Position numbers and translations under genes: made by a program. The notes beneath the pieces are model-generated. The model made no database searches and was not told the DNA's origin. It saw nothing but the letters and a program-made list of their open reading frames with translations. Positions 52,361 through 64,000 of a stretch of DNA of 64,000 nt are shown here, piece by piece (the first letter of the stretch is position 1; each line of letters begins with the position of its first letter). Source of the stretch: Eledone cirrhosa (taxonomy: Eukaryota); assembly GCA_964016885.1 (NCBI GenBank), contig OZ024745.1, forward strand, positions 111,662,001 through 111,726,000. Direction: 5' to 3'.

Positions 52361-52414
52361 TATATATATTTCAAGGGTACCAAAATTTTGGTACGCTTTC
52401 ATCAGATAAAATAC
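52361..52414 (-). ncRNA. Minimal type I hammerhead ribozyme, stem I disrupted by the SINE insertion
   Basis: tattttat CTGATGA aagcgtaccaaaattttggtaccctt GAAA t atat a TA. Confidence 0.75.
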
Positions 52415-52490
52415 AAAGTGTGTTTTATAAATTTGAGTATACCTACACTATATATATATATATATATATATATAGTGTAGGTAGTACAGT

Positions 52491-52830
52491 GGAGGCACAT
52501 GGCTTAGTGGTTAGAGCATTGGCCTTGCAATCGAAAGGTTGTGAGTTCAAATCTCAGACCGGGTGATATGTTGTTTCCTTGAGCAAGACACTTTATTTCA
52601 CATTGCTCCAGTTTACTCAGCTGTAGAAATGAGATGATAGGGACTGGGGTCCCTATTATTCCACTGCAAAGTGGTCGTGGAGGTGCCACGGCAAAAAAGC
52701 ACCCAGCACTCACTGTAAATGAGGTTGGTGTTAGGAAGGGCATCCAGCTGTAGAAATCAAGCCAGAATCAGTTCCCGTCCCACCCTTGCAAGCAGGGAAA
52801 AAGCGGACGTAAAATGAAATGAATGATGAT
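52491..52830 (+). mobile_element. SINE family M, full length
   Basis: tRNA head, Meta/MESC-like core, GGAAGGGCATCC block, RTE family A tail. Confidence 0.92.
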
Positions 52831-52845
52831 ATATATATATATATA

Positions 52846-53580
52846 TCATCATCATTTAACGTCTATCTTCCACGCTAGCATGGGTTAGACGGGAATTGTC
52901 TCATTTGAGGCAAGATTAGTTGGGTGACCGTGTCTCACTTGTATAGGACTATCTGGCAGGTTTTCTACAGCTGGATGCCCTTCCTAACACCAACCAAATT
53001 TACAGTGTGGACTGGGAGGTTTTTAACCTGTTCCCTACACGACCACATTACAGCGTTGACTGTGTTTTTTGTTTGCTTTTTTATCGTGACACCCACATGA
53101 CCTCATTAGTTTGGACTGGATGTTGTGGTACCAACATAACTTTATAGAGAAAGGGTGGTGTTGGCGGAAGTGGAAGGATGGAGTAGGGGAGGTGGATTGG
53201 GTGTATGTTTGGTTTGGAGAGGCCTACAAAGTTAACTTTGCACATAGGGAAGGCAGGTGTCTGTATTTACTGAGTGGCGCCAAAGATCTCGATCCAGTGA
53301 CATTGTCTTAGAGAGGTGCAAGTGTGCAAGGTCGGAATTTATCAAGTCATCCCAGGTTTTTCTGGGTCTACCTACTCCGTAACTTCCATCGATTTTGATC
53401 GCACTGCAATTTTTTATACAGCTATCGTCTTTCATGTGCATCACGTGACCATACCAACATAATCTTTTCTCAAGTAAACAGCATCTGATCCCTCTTATAT
53501 CTAATTTCTCACTTAGTTCATTTATGTATATTACTATAACACATCCAACGGAACATGTATGCTTCGTTCCTTTCCAGTCT
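52846..53580 (-). mobile_element. RTE 3-prime ORF end followed by the GGAAGGGCATCC module and (GAT)n tail
   Basis: DDSCIKNC...GVGRPRKTWDDLI...DRDLWR in ORF 53232..53444. Confidence 0.8.
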
Positions 53581-53592
53581 GATATATATATG

Positions 53593-53669
<77 letters not shown>

Positions 53670-53877
53670 TCATCATCATCATCATCGTTTAACGTCCATG
53701 TTCCACGCTTGCATGGGTTTGGACGGGAGTTTTCCCACTTGAGGCAAGAGTGGTTGTCTTGCTCGCATAGGACTGTCTGGCGGGTTTTCTACAGTTGGAT
53801 GCCCTTCCTAACACCAATATATATATATAATATTAATTCAAATATTAACAAAATAGATATTCTTGTGATCAATTAAA

Positions 53878-53940
53878 TTTTATTATACATATTTCAGAGG
53901 AACTGAATTAAGTTCAACAGTACGTCCTCATCAGATAAAA
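53878..53940 (-). ncRNA. Minimal type I hammerhead ribozyme (Penelope-like)
   Basis: ttttat CTGATGA ggacgtactg..cagttcctct GAAA t atgt a TA ataaaa. Confidence 0.78.
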
Positions 53941-54067
53941 TAAAATGATACATGACATACCCTGACATGGTAGATGGTTAAGATTTAATCAAGGTACCAC
54001 TTGTAGAGTGCTTCCAATCTATTGTAAAACTCATTCTTTAAAGTACTCATTGAATCTTGTTTAACTC

Positions 54068-54132
<65 letters not shown>

Positions 54133-54136
<4 letters not shown>

Positions 54137-54194
54137 GTAAGTATGTATGTATACGTAGATACGTACATGTATACAGACGTACAGTAGCATGCAC

Positions 54195-54225
<31 letters not shown>

Positions 54226-54382
54226 CAGGTACACATACATATATGTACGTATCAGTTTAGCGGACGCTTATTATAGCGCCCGCTTTGTTCGTTTGTAAAC
54301 AAACTGAACAGCCTGAATTTATGCCGTACGGTGATAATAAGCGTCCGCTAAACTGATACGTACATATATGTATGTGTACCTG

Positions 54383-54460
<78 letters not shown>

Positions 54461-54519
54461 CATGCTACTGTACGTCTGTATACATGTATGTATGTACGTA
54501 TACATACATACTTACATTT
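54133..54519. repeat. Long fold-back inverted repeat (54133..54272 vs 54333..54519)
   Basis: gtacgtatcagtttagcggacgcttattat / ataataagcgtccgctaaactgatacgtac plus mirrored flanks; same family as 51337..52050. Confidence 0.9.
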
Positions 54520-54574
54520 AAGTAAGTGCCGTACTAAGAGTGAGAAATGAAATTTCGTTTTCATTTTATTACAA

Positions 54575-54675
<101 letters not shown>

Positions 54676-54879
54676 GGATATAGATAGATATAGATATAGA
54701 TATATACAGACAGAAATGCAAATAAGGTTAACAATAGGGAAACATGAGCCATAACAAAACAAATAGAGACATAAAGTATTGTGTCCAGATATATAAGTAA
54801 GACGAAGGAGAGAACCAAAATAGAATAGAGGGCTTAACTCTTGAGGTTGTTTAATCACATGAATATAAAACACACACAT

Positions 54880-55195
54880 ATCTCTGTCTGTATATGTATA
54901 GTTGCATGTATGTGCATATGTGAGTGTCTGTATGTACACACATATGTTAGTGTCTGTACACACATATATGAGTGTGTGTATGTATAGTTGCATGTATGTG
55001 CATATGTGAGTGTCTGTATGTACACACATATGTGAGTGTCTGTACACACATATATGAGTGTGTGTATGTATAGTTGCATGTATGTGCATATGTGAGTGTG
55101 TGTATGTACACACATATGTGAGTGTCTGTACACACATATATGAGTGTGTGTATGTATAGTTGCATGTATGTGCATATGTGAGTGTGTGTATGTGC
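54880..55195. repeat. 86-bp tandem repeat built from TG/TA microsatellite
   Basis: gttgcatg recurs at 54901, 54987, 55073, 55159. Confidence 0.9.
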
Positions 55196-55245
55196 AGTCG
55201 CATGTTTGTATATGAAATAACGAAATGAAATAATGAATATATATA

Positions 55246-57908
55246 TCATCATCATCATCATCATCATTTTACGTCCGCTCTTCCCTGCTTGCAAGGGTGG
55301 GATGGGTCTTATTCAGCACAATATCTCTCCACTCGTCATCTCCACCGTGAGCTTCAACGATCTGAGGTCTGTTCTCAACACCTCCGCCCATGTTTTTTGT
55401 GGTCTACCTCCACCACGTCTTCCTTTAACTGGCATTTCCTGGCACTTCTTCACCCATCGGTCATCCTCCATGCGCATCACATGTCCATACCACCTCAGTC
55501 TCCTCTCCCGTACACTACATTATATCCCTCTCAGACACAGTTTCTCTCTCAACACATTCATGGTGGGTCGTTCACGCACATTTACACTGCACATCCAACA
55601 GAGCATGCTTGCTTCATTTCTCTCCAGCCATCGCATATCCTCTGCAGTTGCTGCCCATGTCTCACTACCATGCAGCATCGTGCTCCTCACACAGGCATCA
55701 TACAACTGGCCTTTCATACGCAGCGAGAAACCCTTCTTCGGCAGCAGAGGAAGCAGCTCCCTAAACTTCTTCCAACCCGCCCTTATTCTAGATACTATGG
55801 CCTCGGAACACCCTCCTCCCATGTTAATTTGATCTCCTAGGTACCGGAAGCTATCCACCACATCTATAGCACCCTCCTGCATTTGAAAAATGTGTCTATC
55901 AATGCGACTTCTACTGTCTAATTTCCCTGTACATCTACTGCATACATATTTCTCCCTACCTGTTATTTTGCCTGCTATCCCGCTACATCTCTTGTGTGCC
56001 CAGGATCTGCATTGTGTGCATTTTATAGAATTTATGCCAGTTCCTTTTCTGCATATCGAACATGGCCATTTCCCTGACGGAATCAGAGTTTTGTCCTCTT
56101 TTCTACTCATCAACACTTTTGTCTTAACTAGGTTCACTCTCAGTCCTCTTGCTTCCAACTGCTGTTTCCATAGCCAGAATTTATTCTCTAGCTCCTCTAC
56201 TGATTCTGTTATAAGAACCAGATCATCAGCATAGAAAAGTTCCCATGGACAGCCAGTCTTAAACTCCTCTGTTATGGCTTGGAGGACTATAATGAACAAG
56301 AGCGGGTTGAGGACCGAACCCTGGTGTACTCCTACTTGTATCTGGAATTCCTCACTAAACTCCATTCGTACCCTGACTTTACTGAGAGTACCTCTGTACA
56401 AAGTTTGCACTGTCCTCACAAGTCATTCCTCAACACCTAGTTTCCTTAGGGACCACCAGATGACAGATTGGGGTACCCTATCAAAGGCCTTCTCTAGGTC
56501 AACAAAGGCTAAGTATAGTGGCTTATTTTTCTCTAAGAACCTCTCTTGCAATTGTCTCACCAAGAAGAGGGCATCTGTTGTACTCTTCCCAGGCACAAAA
56601 CCAAACTGAATCTCATCTAGTTTGACCCTTTCTCTAATTAGTTGTGCTAATATCCTTTCTGCCATTTTCATAACCTGATCCATCAGTTTTATGCCCCTAT
56701 AATTGCTCCTCTCCAGAGCATCCCCTTTATCTTTGTAGCAATTTATGAGAATACTGCTGCACCAGTCTTTGGGTATGACACCACCATATATAGCCTGATT
56801 GATGATGCGTTCAACCAGTTTAGTGCCTATGTCCCCTGATGCCTTCAGCATCTCAGCAACTATTCCCGATGGTTGAGCAGCCTTACCATTTTTCATTTCC
56901 TTAATCGCCTCTTGGAGCCTATATTCGTCAATCTCAATAGCTGGTCCCTCTGTCGGATCTACTGGGGGTAAATTCTCTCTCTCCCATTTGTTCTCCACAT
57001 TCATCAGTCTCTCATAATGACATTTCCAGGCCTCCTTTTTCTGATTCGTGACACTAAGTACACCGGCATCATTCCGGACACATTTATCTCCAACAACATC
57101 CTGATTTGCATTGACACACTGCCTTGCAATGTGGAATACTGCACGCCTCTGATCTTCCCGTCACAGAACATTGGCAAACCTCCTACTCTCAGCCTCCCTG
57201 CGTGCTAAGTACACCTGACGTCTAGATTCTCTCTTAGCGGCTGTATATTCTTCCCTACTCCCACCCTTTTTCCAAGCCTACCATGCTAGTCTCTTGTCTC
57301 TAATGACCTTATCTACTGTGCTGTTCCACCACCAGGTCACTCTCTGTCTGTTTCATCAGTAGCCTGCAGCAGTTGCCATCAGCAGTTTCATCAGTAGCCT
57401 GCAGCAAGTTGTCACGGAAGAAATTCCAGTTATTATCTATGTCATACGTCTCTAAATCGTCTTCTTTTTCGTCATATACATCTTGAAGGGCTTTCCTAAA
57501 TTTGTATTTTAGTGAAAGGTCTTTTAGCTTCCAGACCTTTCTTCTCCACACCTTCCTGTATGTCTCATTACATCTCTTGCTTACTGATATATCACTAACG
57601 ACTAACCTATGCTGTGGGGTACATTCTTCCCCAGGGTATGCCTTGGTATTAGACACTATCTGCCTGTCCCGCTGCCTAACTAGTAAGAAGTCAATCTGGC
57701 TTATGTGCTCGCCAGATTTGTAAGTTATTAGGTGATTGGCAGGTTTCTGGAAGTTTGTGTTGCAAATAGTCAGTGTACTTGCATCACAAAATTCAAGAAG
57801 TCTCACGCCTTCTTCATTTCTTGAGCCGTAACCATGCCCACCATGTACCCCAGTGTAACCATCCTGGAGCTGTCCAACATGACCATTGAAGTCCCCTGGT
57901 AGCATAAC
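55246..57908 (-). mobile_element. RTE LINE family A, longest copy (partial APE, RT, Cys-rich insert, intact 3-prime end)
   Basis: GDFNGHVG, QIDFLLV, QHRLVV; RT motifs; CxxC-rich segment; GRPQKTW; (GAT)n tail; premature stops. Confidence 0.95.
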
Positions 57909-57985
57909 GATATATATATATATATATATTGCCAAGCCTGGAATTGAACCATCAGCACAGTTGAGGTATGTCATACATCAATTTA

Positions 57986-58054
57986 TGTATTTTATCTGAT
58001 GAGGACGTACTGAAAAAACAGCACAGTACCTCCGAAATATATATAATAAAACAT
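57986..58054 (+). ncRNA. Minimal type I hammerhead ribozyme (Penelope-like), best preserved copy
   Basis: ttttat CTGATGA(57996) ggacgtactg..cagtacctcc GAAA(58034) t atat a TA ataaaa; predicted cut after 58045. Confidence 0.82.
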
Positions 58055-58295
58055 ATATTTTGATTACGTGAATGTCTCCATTTATTAATATTTTGAATAA
58101 TATACGCCAACACTCATCTTTTTCCATTTCTCCGAGGGTTATAAACCCCACTATCAGGCTAGAAATTTCTTTAGTCTAAAATACGGTGAAAGCTTATAAT
58201 TTCTAATTTCTAATTTCAAACTCGCGCACCGTTTCAAAAACGTACTTACATGTTTACGTTTATAATTACGTTTTAATTTAATATATATATATATA

Positions 58296-58787
58296 TCATC
58301 ATCATCATCACCGTTTTACGTCCGCTCTTCCACGCTAGCATGAGTTAGACGGGTTGTCCTGTTGTGGGCAGTGTCTGGTCGGCTGACCATGCCTTGCTCA
58401 TACAGGAACTGATTTGGCTTGATTTCTACAGCTGGATGCCCTTCCTAACACCAACCTCATTTACAGTGAGTGCTGGGTGCTTTTTCGTGGCGCCTACACG
58501 TCCACTTTACAGTGTGGGCTGGGTGCTTTTTTGCTGTGGCACCTCCACGACCACCTTGCGGTGGGGGGAGTGGGGGCATATTGTCTATATGCTTCAGCTT
58601 GTACCCATGGGAGGTCGGGTACTCTGTATTACTGCGTGACACCAGAAGTCACGGTCGTATGTCATTGCCTTTGAGAGGTGTAATTGGGTAAGGTCGGCTT
58701 TTATCACCTCATCCCAGGTCATCTTGGGTCTCCCCACTCCGCGGTTTCCATCAACTTCTAGTGCTCTGCACCTTTTTATGCAGCTGT
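58296..58787 (-). mobile_element. RTE 3-prime ORF end plus 48-bp-type units, GGAAGGGCATCC block and tail
   Basis: DSCIKRC...GVGRPKMTWDEVIKADL...DRDFW; same layout as 52846..53580. Confidence 0.8.
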
Positions 58788-59089
58788 CATATATATATAT
58801 ATATATATACATATAAATGAAAAGTATAGAAATTATTGTAGCAAGCCAATATACATATACATATATATATATATATATTAGTATTGGTGCTCTGAAATAG
58901 CGATGTATATATGAATGTATGTATAGTATATTTAATAATATACTGTATGTTTAATTAAAAACATTTTCATGACAATTCACTATGAATTTTAAAGTAGTGA
59001 CTATGTCACTTATTTATTCTCGGCAAAAACAAAGGGGAGTAATCCACAGTCCTGTTTCTCACTCATTAGAAGTTATCAAGACTACACAC

Positions 59090-59228
59090 CCCTTTGGTTC
59101 TGTCGAGAATTATAGAAGCTGGATTCATATAGAATTCCAGTAATATTTAAGAGCTGAATGAACAGAGCGGTTGGTGTTCCAGCAAAAATTATAATCTTGA
59201 TGCAATCTTTGTGCATCCACCCCCACAT
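59090..59228 (-). CDS. Candidate first coding exon of a minus-strand gene (MWGWMHKDCIKIIIFAGTPTALFIQLLNITGILYESSFYNSRQNQR)
   Basis: ATG next to the CpG-richer region, hydrophobic N-terminal stretch, possible donor GG|GTGTGT (phase 1). Confidence 0.3.
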
Positions 59229-59249
59229 CTCCCAGGACAGGACAGGTCG

Positions 59250-60120
59250 CAGGCCTATCGACAGTTTTTACAGACTGAAATGGAGACTGCAAAATATTTT
59301 CTACCTTGCCGCCCCAACTTTCCGAAGTTTGTAAGGTTAACTAAAAACGAATAATTTCCAACTGTTTTAAAAGTCAGATTCATTGCAAATAAAAGAAAAC
59401 GCGGGAAAAGTAAATTGTAAAGAAAATTCCGAGGGTTCAGCCCCCATCCTCCGTTTTCTAAAAAAAAAAGATTCGTTTCCGACTGTCTTGGAGGCCAGAT
59501 TCGTTTTAAAAAAACACACACACACAAGGAAAATGAACACTTTCCCACCGAACGGCTGGTGTTTTCTGTAAATTACCGAAAACTTCCTGAATATATATAA
59601 GTATGTATTCCTGAATATATATTTAATTTTTAAGTGAAAAGGGTAAGGGAGTAATTATCAGAATGTGTAACGGTTAGTAAATGGTTTGGGGTATCATTGC
59701 GTTGTGATTTCATGCCGGCCGATGTCGACTTGGCCAGTCATCATTACAGGGACAGATAAAATAAAGATAAAGTAGCAATCTAATCGATTGTACCAATCCC
59801 AGAATATATATGTGGAATTGTCGAGATCAAAAGGTGGATCTCGGAATTGGCGGGCTAAATCTCTTGCAGCATCCTATTTCACAACTTTATGTTCTGACTT
59901 CGTCCCCTCTTAAATAAACTCAACATTTCATCCTTCGAGGGTTCGAGAAAAATAAAGTACTAGTGAAATATGGAGGACTATTTAACCGACTCTATAATCA
60001 ATGACATAGAAAATGTGCCTTTGCTAAAAATCTTTATCAAGCTATTCGGCGAATGACGTAAACTGCCGAACATTACCGATTTCTATAACCGGAAGTTGTA
60101 TTTTTAATACAGAACGACAT
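59250..60120. promoter_or_regulatory. Putative, possibly bidirectional, promoter region
   Basis: CpG visibly more frequent than in flanks; ETS-type CCGGAAGT at 60089..60096; candidate exons diverge on both sides. Confidence 0.4.
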
Positions 60121-60328
60121 GCTTGGTACTTCGAACAGTTACCTTATTGCCTGTTCGAACGATTTATTACTTTAATATTATTATTATTATTGGGCTAGTT
60201 GATTTCATTGTGATTGCTGACTCACTTATTATCGTTAGCTAGAAGAACGTCATCTCCTTCGAAATACAGATTAAACGAATAGTTCACTTTCTTTATTGCT
60301 CTGTGTTCTTTTCCTGTTTACCTCGTAG

Positions 60329-60339
60329 GATATGTTAAC
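60329..60339 (+). other. Candidate 11-nt exon containing an ATG (start of a plus-strand gene)
   Basis: ttcttttcctgtttacctcgtag|GATATGTTAAC|gtgagt. Confidence 0.35.
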
Positions 60340-63300
60340 GTGAGTAAAATGTATACACATTTACCTATAATGAAACATACACACTATATATATATATATA
60401 TGTTTACATATATATGTGTATATAAATATATACACACATATATACATACATCCATATATTTGCTTCTTTAATTTTTAAATTTCTCCTTTTTTTAAGAAAA
60501 AAAAAGCATTTTTCCCGTTACCATTTCTGTCAATGTTTTAATTATGCGTTCATATTTTTATACGTATATGCTATATTTATAATAGTTGTTGAACCCAGGT
60601 CAGTGTTTATCAAGAAGGCGTTCCAACCGTAACCTTCCTGGCCTTGTTTGTATCTCAAGCTTAGTTTGCATTTTCCAGAGTGTCGTTCCCTTTGTGAAGA
60701 CAGTGGGATGTCATTTGGCTGCTATTTCTTGTAGGTTGAGCGATTAAGTAGAGGATTTTTGTTTTTTTCCTCATTATTCATAAGCGGGGTTTCGGATCAT
60801 GCATCCGCAGCACCCCGTTACGAAACTCTACCGGTTAACATTTCCGTTATAAAACTGAAAAGTATGTAAAATATGGTCTGTCTGAGAAAAATTATTTTCG
60901 TTATATAGTAGATGCCATTAAGAAAGGCATGAATACCACAAATTATTATTTCTTTTCTCCTCTTTCTCTCTCATCCTGGAGCTCATAATTTAATTCCATT
61001 TCCGTTTTGTTACTATCCGGTAAATTATTGAGTCATTTTGGTTGATAAATGTCGAATCTTGCTTGATTGGAAATGTTCAGGTATGTTTGCACTCTCATAC
61101 ACCTATAGATAATATGTTTGAAGAAAGATCTCTGCATAAAACATCAGAATTCACCTCATGACACGAACTTTAACAGTTTTTATATTTGTTTTTATTATCT
61201 TTATTTTACCAACACAGATTAATTACTTTCCTTATATTCTACTTTTTTCTTCTTTTATTCAGATTATTCCCTTTCTAGCTACTATTTTCAAATATGTGAT
61301 TAGCGAATTCTATATCTACCGATAACGTTTGTAGCACTTTTCATCTTAGAGAGGTATAAATTTATATTATGAGTTCAAATCTCGCCAAGGTCGATTTTTA
61401 CCATTCATTCTTCAGTAATCCACAACTCCTTTCTCCAAAGAAATTTATAGTTTCGTCACTGTTGTACAAATAAAAGAAAACTACCAAACCCGGTGTTGAC
61501 GCTGGTGGTGCTCTACTTGGGTCGCTCGATCTGCTAACAATAGCAGTCGAATCTGCCCCTTAGTAGGCCTATATATATCCACAAAAAGATTAGATCGTCA
61601 TTTCTGTACACGTATATCTATCTGTTCGGTCAGGGTTAAATGAAAAAAAAAAAGTGGTGAACTTATCGGTTTCTCATTGTATCTGATATATCTAACGATC
61701 GAAGTGTTTTGTTTTGCTTTGTGTTTTTTTTTTTAATCGTAAACATCTTGTTTTATGTTTATAACTTTCCAAACCATGGATGGAATTTTTTGTGCTTAAT
61801 CTCGAAAAAAGTTGTTTATGTTGTGTTGTATAGAATATGTTATTATTATGATCTGCATTGTACAATCAGCAGAGAAAACATCCGTTTGGAACTTTTCAAC
61901 TAACCTTCTTCGCCTTTTTCATTGATCTAAAGATAGCTATGTATAAGTTGGGTACTACATAAAATCTACTACCACCTGCAGTCGGTATTAAGCGTTTAGC
62001 CTTTCACCGAAGGTTCCTATCACCATACACGTCCCAGTCATTACCATACTGTCTTATTTTCGAACATAATGTATCTAGAACAACATTATCTAAAGTGTCC
62101 TTAGTTATTTTTCAGACAGTAGGGTATGATTTGATGCAAATTTGGCCACCATTTTTAGCGGGTCAAACCGACCGCTTAGAAGCTCCTTCGCTTGTTCGGT
62201 ATGTTATAGGTTAATTGTGAAGTATTTTAATCATGGCACCAGCAGATTAATTCATTAGATTAGAAACTAGATTTAGGACAGCATTTTCCTTATAACAAAT
62301 CATATGGTAAAATTTGAAGCAGTCTTTTTATACATAAGAACTGATAGCATGTTCGGTGGCTAATGTTCTATCATTACTATGTTTCTTAGAATACATTTAG
62401 ATGAGACCTCTCTACCCTGGCCCGTTAATATTTGGCACCCACTATATACGCTGCCTATGATTGTGACGAAGTTTTAAAATTGTTAGAGCTTTGGATTTAT
62501 GAGATTTGTTCTAGCTCTCAGCTTTTAAATTCCTTCTTCGCTCACTTATGAGGGCAGAGTCCTCAAACATTCCTTCCAGTGGGTCCTGTCAGATCCTGGC
62601 TGGATCCCCAAGTGAGACCAACTAAGCTCATGGCTGTTATCCAACCATCTTGCTCAGGGTCTTCTTCTAGGTCTCCTGCAGGTTGGTTTTGCCTGTAAAA
62701 TCTATCCAGTGATTCATAAATTCCACTGATGTTAAATCCACCTTTCTGTCAGGGTCAATAAATAAAGTACCAGTCCAGAGTGTGAGGTTGGCGGATTTGT
62801 TAGTATCAGACAAGATCCCTTGTGGTATCTATTTCAGCTCTGTGTGTTTTGAATTCAAATGCTACCTTTTATTACTAAAAAAATGGTGACATGACACAAC
62901 GAGCCTTTATTATTAAAACACCCAGAAAACAACCTGTAAGATGCAATATCATAGGAGGCCTGCTAAATCAACACAAGTGTGTGTCGTAATAACAATGTAT
63001 ATATACACACACACCTATATATGTATATGGTTGGTATTAGAAACCAAGCTAGAAAGAGTTCTGTATGAGCAAGACACTGTCATCTGATCTGACTTGTCTC
63101 ATAATGGGACAACTGATCTAACTCATGTTAGCATGGAACATGGACATTAAATGGTGATGATGATATATATATATATATACACACATACGTGAAACCATAT
63201 GTGAGATGCTAAGCTCCAGCCTGTATGGGAAATCAGTAGCCCCACTACAGTAGTGAGTTGGTCCGTGAAGACCCGTCCAACCTTTACTAGCAAGGGAAGT

Positions 63301-64000
63301 AGACATTAAAAGATGATATATATATACATGTTTATGAACATGAGCATTCAGTTTTTTTATCAACTGAATAGCCTATTTATTGACTTAGCATCCAGAGTGG
63401 TTGAGTATTCCACAAACACGTGTATCCATAATGTGATTCTCAAGAGGAATCCACAGGAGATGGCTGCATCTTTGAATTCCAGGTACACTCCTATCTCACC
63501 AGTTTGATGCATAGGGCTTGAGTTGACCCAAAGCAACACTAAAAGATACCAAGATGCCATGCTGCAGGCAGGACCAAACTCGAGACCTCATGATTGCTAA
63601 GCAAACTCCCTAATAGATGCACATGCATGCATGTATGTGTGTGTGTGTACGTGTGCCAATCAAATGTTTGCAAGTACCCTTCCGTTGTGTTAAAGACAAC
63701 CTATCCTGCGTACTCGTTAGAACCTGCTACCTTACACAAGTGAGATAACAGATCCCTAGCCTGTTTGGTAGGTCTGTAGCCCCACTTCAGTATTGACTTT
63801 GTCTATGTAGACCTGTTCAACTCTTGCTAGCAGGGAAAGCTCGTGTTAAAACAACGATAATGATATATATATATATTACCAATGTATCAAATAAATTGTA
63901 ATGGTTGTGGAGTCTGTCAAAATGATTTAGATAGTAATGCATTAATACACCACCATTAACACCTCTCAGTATCTATCTTTCCTCTTAGTTTAAATAGCCA

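Noticed and set aside
52491-52565. tRNA gene
   Set aside because: tRNA-like head of a multicopy SINE; continues into SINE body with no proper acceptor stem or terminator
55246-57908. Active autonomous LINE
   Set aside because: 5-prime truncated with in-frame stops and frameshifts

Overview
AT-rich, microsatellite- and retroelement-dense animal genomic DNA; the SINE/LINE families and composition look like a coleoid cephalopod, probably Octopus (inference, not checked). One complete protein-coding gene can be assembled by hand on the + strand: a 7-exon FAST-kinase-domain/RAP-domain mitochondrial RNA-processing gene (FASTKD5-like; CDS 22891..38556, 645 aa with a 21-nt micro-exon). A second, unidentified gene appears to be interleaved antisense to it (phase-compatible exons at 26919..27120/27215 and 22417..22555), with FASTKD exon 1 inside its intron and possible exon-exon overlap. 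A CpG-richer, possibly bidirectional promoter lies near 59.3-60.1 kb. The rest is nested mobile DNA: at least two RTE-type LINE families, CR1, a CRE-type (RLE) fragment, two tRNA-derived SINE families, piggyBac-like MITEs, a non-autonomous Helitron carrying a 27-bp minisatellite, and Penelope-like remnants with type I hammerhead ribozyme motifs that show covariation (one hit by a SINE at its cleavage site). Several local fold-back inverted duplications also occur. Splice models and repeat boundaries were read by eye; repeat coordinates are approximate.
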